From Octopus sinensis (lineage: Eukaryota): DNA of 64,000 nt. Every line of letters starts with the position of its first letter. The stretch's first letter is position 1. The position numbers and the translations under genes were made by a program. A model generated the notes under the pieces. The model had not been told where the DNA came from, searched no databases, and saw only the letters and a list, made by a program, of their open reading frames with translations. This document shows, piece by piece, positions 62,871 to 64,000 of the stretch. The stretch is from the NCBI RefSeq assembly GCF_006345805.1, contig NC_042999.1:96224001-96288000 (forward strand), written 5' to 3'.

Positions 62871-64000
62871 AACATAGACAGAAAATTTTTCTATATAGAT
62901 ATAACATTTAATAACTGATGTATATATATATATGTATACTGATAGAGCTGAGCAACATAATTTTCTTAGCTTGTTGAATAAGTCAATTGGAATTATTATC
63001 TACCTCAATGCGAATGTTTGACAATGATAAATGAATCGTATATGCAACTGCAGAAGGAATGCAAAGAACCATGCCTATCTAAATTCCTATACAATAAGTT
63101 ATTCTAAATTGACTATTTAGAAAAACAAAGTCTGTCTTTATTTGTAAGAGATTATTTTCATGTTTTTTTTTATCAGTATCACAAGTTTTTATTAGGGTTT
63201 TAATTTGCACATGCTTTTAAAAATTGATATGCATTGATGATATGTAGAACTATGCAGATAAATATATTTCAACAATGAATAATGAAAATAATTAGCACAG
63301 TTGATTTTAGTTTCATCTGGATACTGATGCTTTTTCTAAATGCACTAATTGCTATATAAGAATGTTTGATTTAAGCTAAAGAATCAAGCAATTTGTTGTA
63401 GTTAATTATTTTCATATTCATTGCTTTCTTTAAATTTAAGTAAATCCATAAATTCTTTCAATATCACTAATTACTTCATTGGTAGCTGGAAAGCAATCTA
63501 AAGAGAGAGAGAGGGAAGAATTCAAATGCTGTGTTGCATATAAAAGTCCAGTAGATATACATGTACCCAACTACCAACTAATATGTATATGTATATATAA
63601 GTTCCTGTACATTTATAACTATTAATATACACATAGTTTTGTTGGTATGTATATCCAGAGGGTTCTTCGATGCAGGTCACACTGTCTACATTAGATGTAC
63701 CATGTCATTTCAGAAAGTATGTCACTCGTTGCTATGATTTGGGACCTAATGACAGAAGTCTCTTCGTGCAAGGAAGGATGTTGTTTTTTTCTTCTATGAA
63801 ATAATAGCCAAATGACGACTATTATGAAATCAACTAACCTTGTAAAGAAATCTAAGAGAAACCATCCATTATATTGAGGATCGTATCTGGATGGAAGTAA
63901 AATTTTATTGAAAAAGTTTGACATATCAAACAAAAGCACAGTTGGTTCTGTACACCATGAAATGGAACACAAACAGTATCAAATTCAGAAATAATAACTA

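Noticed and set aside
63650-63972. Slightly GC-richer segment and 93-aa minus-strand ORF at the window end
   Set aside because: No recognisable domain or clear splice signals; cannot support a neighbouring gene.
1-64000. Prokaryotic systems (CRISPR arrays, operons, defence islands), rRNA or true tRNA genes
   Set aside because: The sequence is spliced eukaryotic DNA; tandem units have no unique spacers, and tRNA-like boxes belong to SINE heads.

Overview
AT-rich, intron-dominated animal DNA. The SINE/RTE repeat families look like those I recall from octopus (coleoid cephalopod); this is inference, not a database result. The window holds the 3' part of one plus-strand gene, a still life (sif)/TIAM1-2 family Rac GEF. 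I assembled 12 GT-AG coding exons from 21186 to the stop at 56235; they join in one open frame (2532 nt, 843 aa + stop) and encode RBD, PDZ, DH and C-terminal PH domains plus a Ser/Pro-rich tail ending in DTEC. The 5' exons (N-terminal PH-CC-Ex region) were not found and probably lie upstream of the window. Most short ORFs in the supplied track are spurious or TE relics. Introns carry tRNA-derived SINEs, 5'-truncated RTE LINEs, CR1/L2 relics, a deleted MULE, a hAT MITE and a Helentron-type element. The most interesting candidates are (i) frame-preserving microexons (15 nt at 40128, 6 nt at 31593, weaker 12 nt at 3969) with neural-microexon-like flanks, and (ii) several long intramolecular inverted repeats (a ~545-bp near-perfect foldback at 27914-28458, a ~150-bp-arm repeat in the last intron, a perfect 25-bp hairpin downstream of the stop). 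These could form dsRNA in a probable neural transcript of a lineage known for extensive A-to-I editing. None is confirmed without RNA data.
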